A stretch of 25,498 nucleotides of DNA, from IMG/VR virus record IMGVR_UViG_3300022178_003741, positions 1 to 25,498 of that record; one strand, 5' to 3'. Position 1 is the first letter of the stretch. Each line of letters starts with the position of its first letter. Origin of the DNA: a virus (taxonomy: Duplodnaviria > Caudoviricetes). The translations under genes were made by a program, and so were the position numbers. This document shows, piece after piece, positions 24,490-25,498 of this stretch. The notes below the pieces were generated by a model. That model made no database searches. It was given only the letters and a program-made list of their open reading frames with translations, and was not told where the DNA came from.

Positions 24490-24795
24490 TTAATCCTTAT
24501 GTCCACCCATTAAAAACTTCTTAATGGCACTGGGTTGCTTGTATTTAGCTGGTACAGATAATCCGTTTGCTTCTGCCCACTTTAATAAATCTACTTTAGA
24601 ATTTAAAGTTTCTAAGTTAACTTCTTTTTCAACAGAAGATATAGCAGGTTCTTTACTTAATTCGTAAAGTTCAAAAGCCCGTAAAGCATCTCTTCGTCTT
24701 AAAAAACTACCATTAAGAGCTTCAGCAACTTTACCACTTCTACTCCATTTATATAAACCATCAAAAATAAGTTTGTATTCGGTTTCAATACTCAT
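24490..24795 (-). CDS. 101-aa protein with a possible C-terminal HeH/Rho-N-like domain
   Basis: TAATG-coupled to tubular A; C-terminal LETLNSKVDLLKWAEANGLSVP...AIKKFL. Confidence 0.65.
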   Translation of the reverse strand: MSIETEYKLIFDGLYKWSRSGKVAEALNGSFLRRRDALRAFELYELSKEPAISSVEKEVNLETLNSKVDLLKWAEANGLSVPAKYKQPSAIKKFLMGGHKD

Positions 24796-25496
24796 TACTC
24801 ACCATGTCCTCTAGGTACGTAACTTCCACTTAAACCTTTTCTACCATAGGATGTCTTACTTCTACCTTGACCTATTGTACGGTTGTCTTGTTGAAGTTTA
24901 ATTTTTTTAGCTCTAGCCCTTTGAGAAATCATCCCTATTGGCTGTTGATGTACAAGAGTAAGAGCTTCATTAAGAAACATATCTAAATACGTTTCAGATA
25001 AATGGTTAGGAATAGGTATTACAAAAGAGTCTTCTTGTAAGAATACTTTTTCTTGTGAGCCTACAAATCTCGTCTTACTTGCTTGAAGGGTAGTATCGTA
25101 TTCACTATTATAAGAATCAAATACAACATGGATATTATCAAAAGAGGTAAAATAAGTAGGGAACTGATTAGTCTTAATAGACATTTTGCTGCCATTGAAA
25201 CCTTCCACTATTATAGAATCTGAAGTGTCAGAATGCAAGCTGTGTTCAACAAAGTCAAGAGGAGGTAGGTATTGTACAAGTCTATACTCTAAGCCACCAG
25301 CTTCCTTTGAGACATCATACCATACTTTACTTTCTTGTATTTTTTGTACTCTTTCAGGTAGCAGCATATAATTAGGACGGGTAACATCCGACAAAGACTC
25401 TAGAGTTAACTCATCCATAGTGAACAAGATATTGTCGTATTCTTGCACCATTTGGTAATACATGCGCTCTGCTATTTTAGCTACTTGCTGAGACTC
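24795..25496 (-). CDS. Tail tubular protein A/adaptor-like (5'-truncated by the window)
   Basis: Frame is open to the window edge (ESQQVAKIAERMYY...); PTYFTSFDN..VVFDSY motif; lies upstream of tubular B. Confidence 0.7.
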   Translation of the reverse strand, partial: ESQQVAKIAERMYYQMVQEYDNILFTMDELTLESLSDVTRPNYMLLPERVQKIQESKVWYDVSKEAGGLEYRLVQYLPPLDFVEHSLHSDTSDSIIVEGFNGSKMSIKTNQFPTYFTSFDNIHVVFDSYNSEYDTTLQASKTRFVGSQEKVFLQEDSFVIPIPNHLSETYLDMFLNEALTLVHQQPIGMISQRARAKKIKLQQDNRTIGQGRSKTSYGRKGLSGSYVPRGHGE

Positions 25497-25498
25497 AT

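Larger units (their letters stand above)
1..25498. mobile_element. Fragment of a podovirus-like tailed phage genome (replication arm on +, morphogenesis arm on -)
   Basis: T7-like PolA, 5'-3' exonuclease, ThyX and HNH genes on +; tail tubular, internal virion and appendage genes on -; many 1-4 bp gene overlaps; no host housekeeping genes or integrase seen. Confidence 0.96.

Noticed and set aside
9079-25371. Plus-strand ORFs over the structural arm, and the nested minus-strand ORF 12997-13194
   Set aside because: Shadows or alternate frames of long, translationally coupled - strand genes, with no motifs

Overview
The whole window is a densely packed, AT-rich fragment of a tailed dsDNA phage genome with two convergent arms that meet at about 9.0 kb. 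The left arm (+ strand, 1-8979) holds small early ORFs joined by a repeated 20-bp junction motif. It continues with a sigma-factor-like protein, a T7-type family A DNA polymerase, a probable SSB, a 5'-3' exonuclease, an HNH nuclease, an HTH/DEDD/Zn-finger exonuclease, a lysozyme-like enzyme and ThyX. The right arm (- strand, 9036-end) is a podovirus morphogenesis operon: tail tubular A-like protein, a tail tubular B-like gene split in two, a cupin-like protein, three internal virion/ejection proteins, a paralogous tail-appendage cluster and a small basic HNH protein. The layout resembles podoviruses without their own RNA polymerase, such as the SIO1/VpV262/Zobellviridae-like or phiEco32-like phages (inference; no search was run). 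The most striking item is a 123-aa stand-alone protein ending in DDDCEGGACKI, nearly identical to the redox-active C-terminal tail of gammaproteobacterial ribonucleotide reductase NrdA but with no reductase body. Also notable are the cassette-like junction repeat, non-canonical polymerase motif residues and the cleanly split tail tubular B gene. No tRNA, rRNA, CRISPR array, integrase or intron was recognised.
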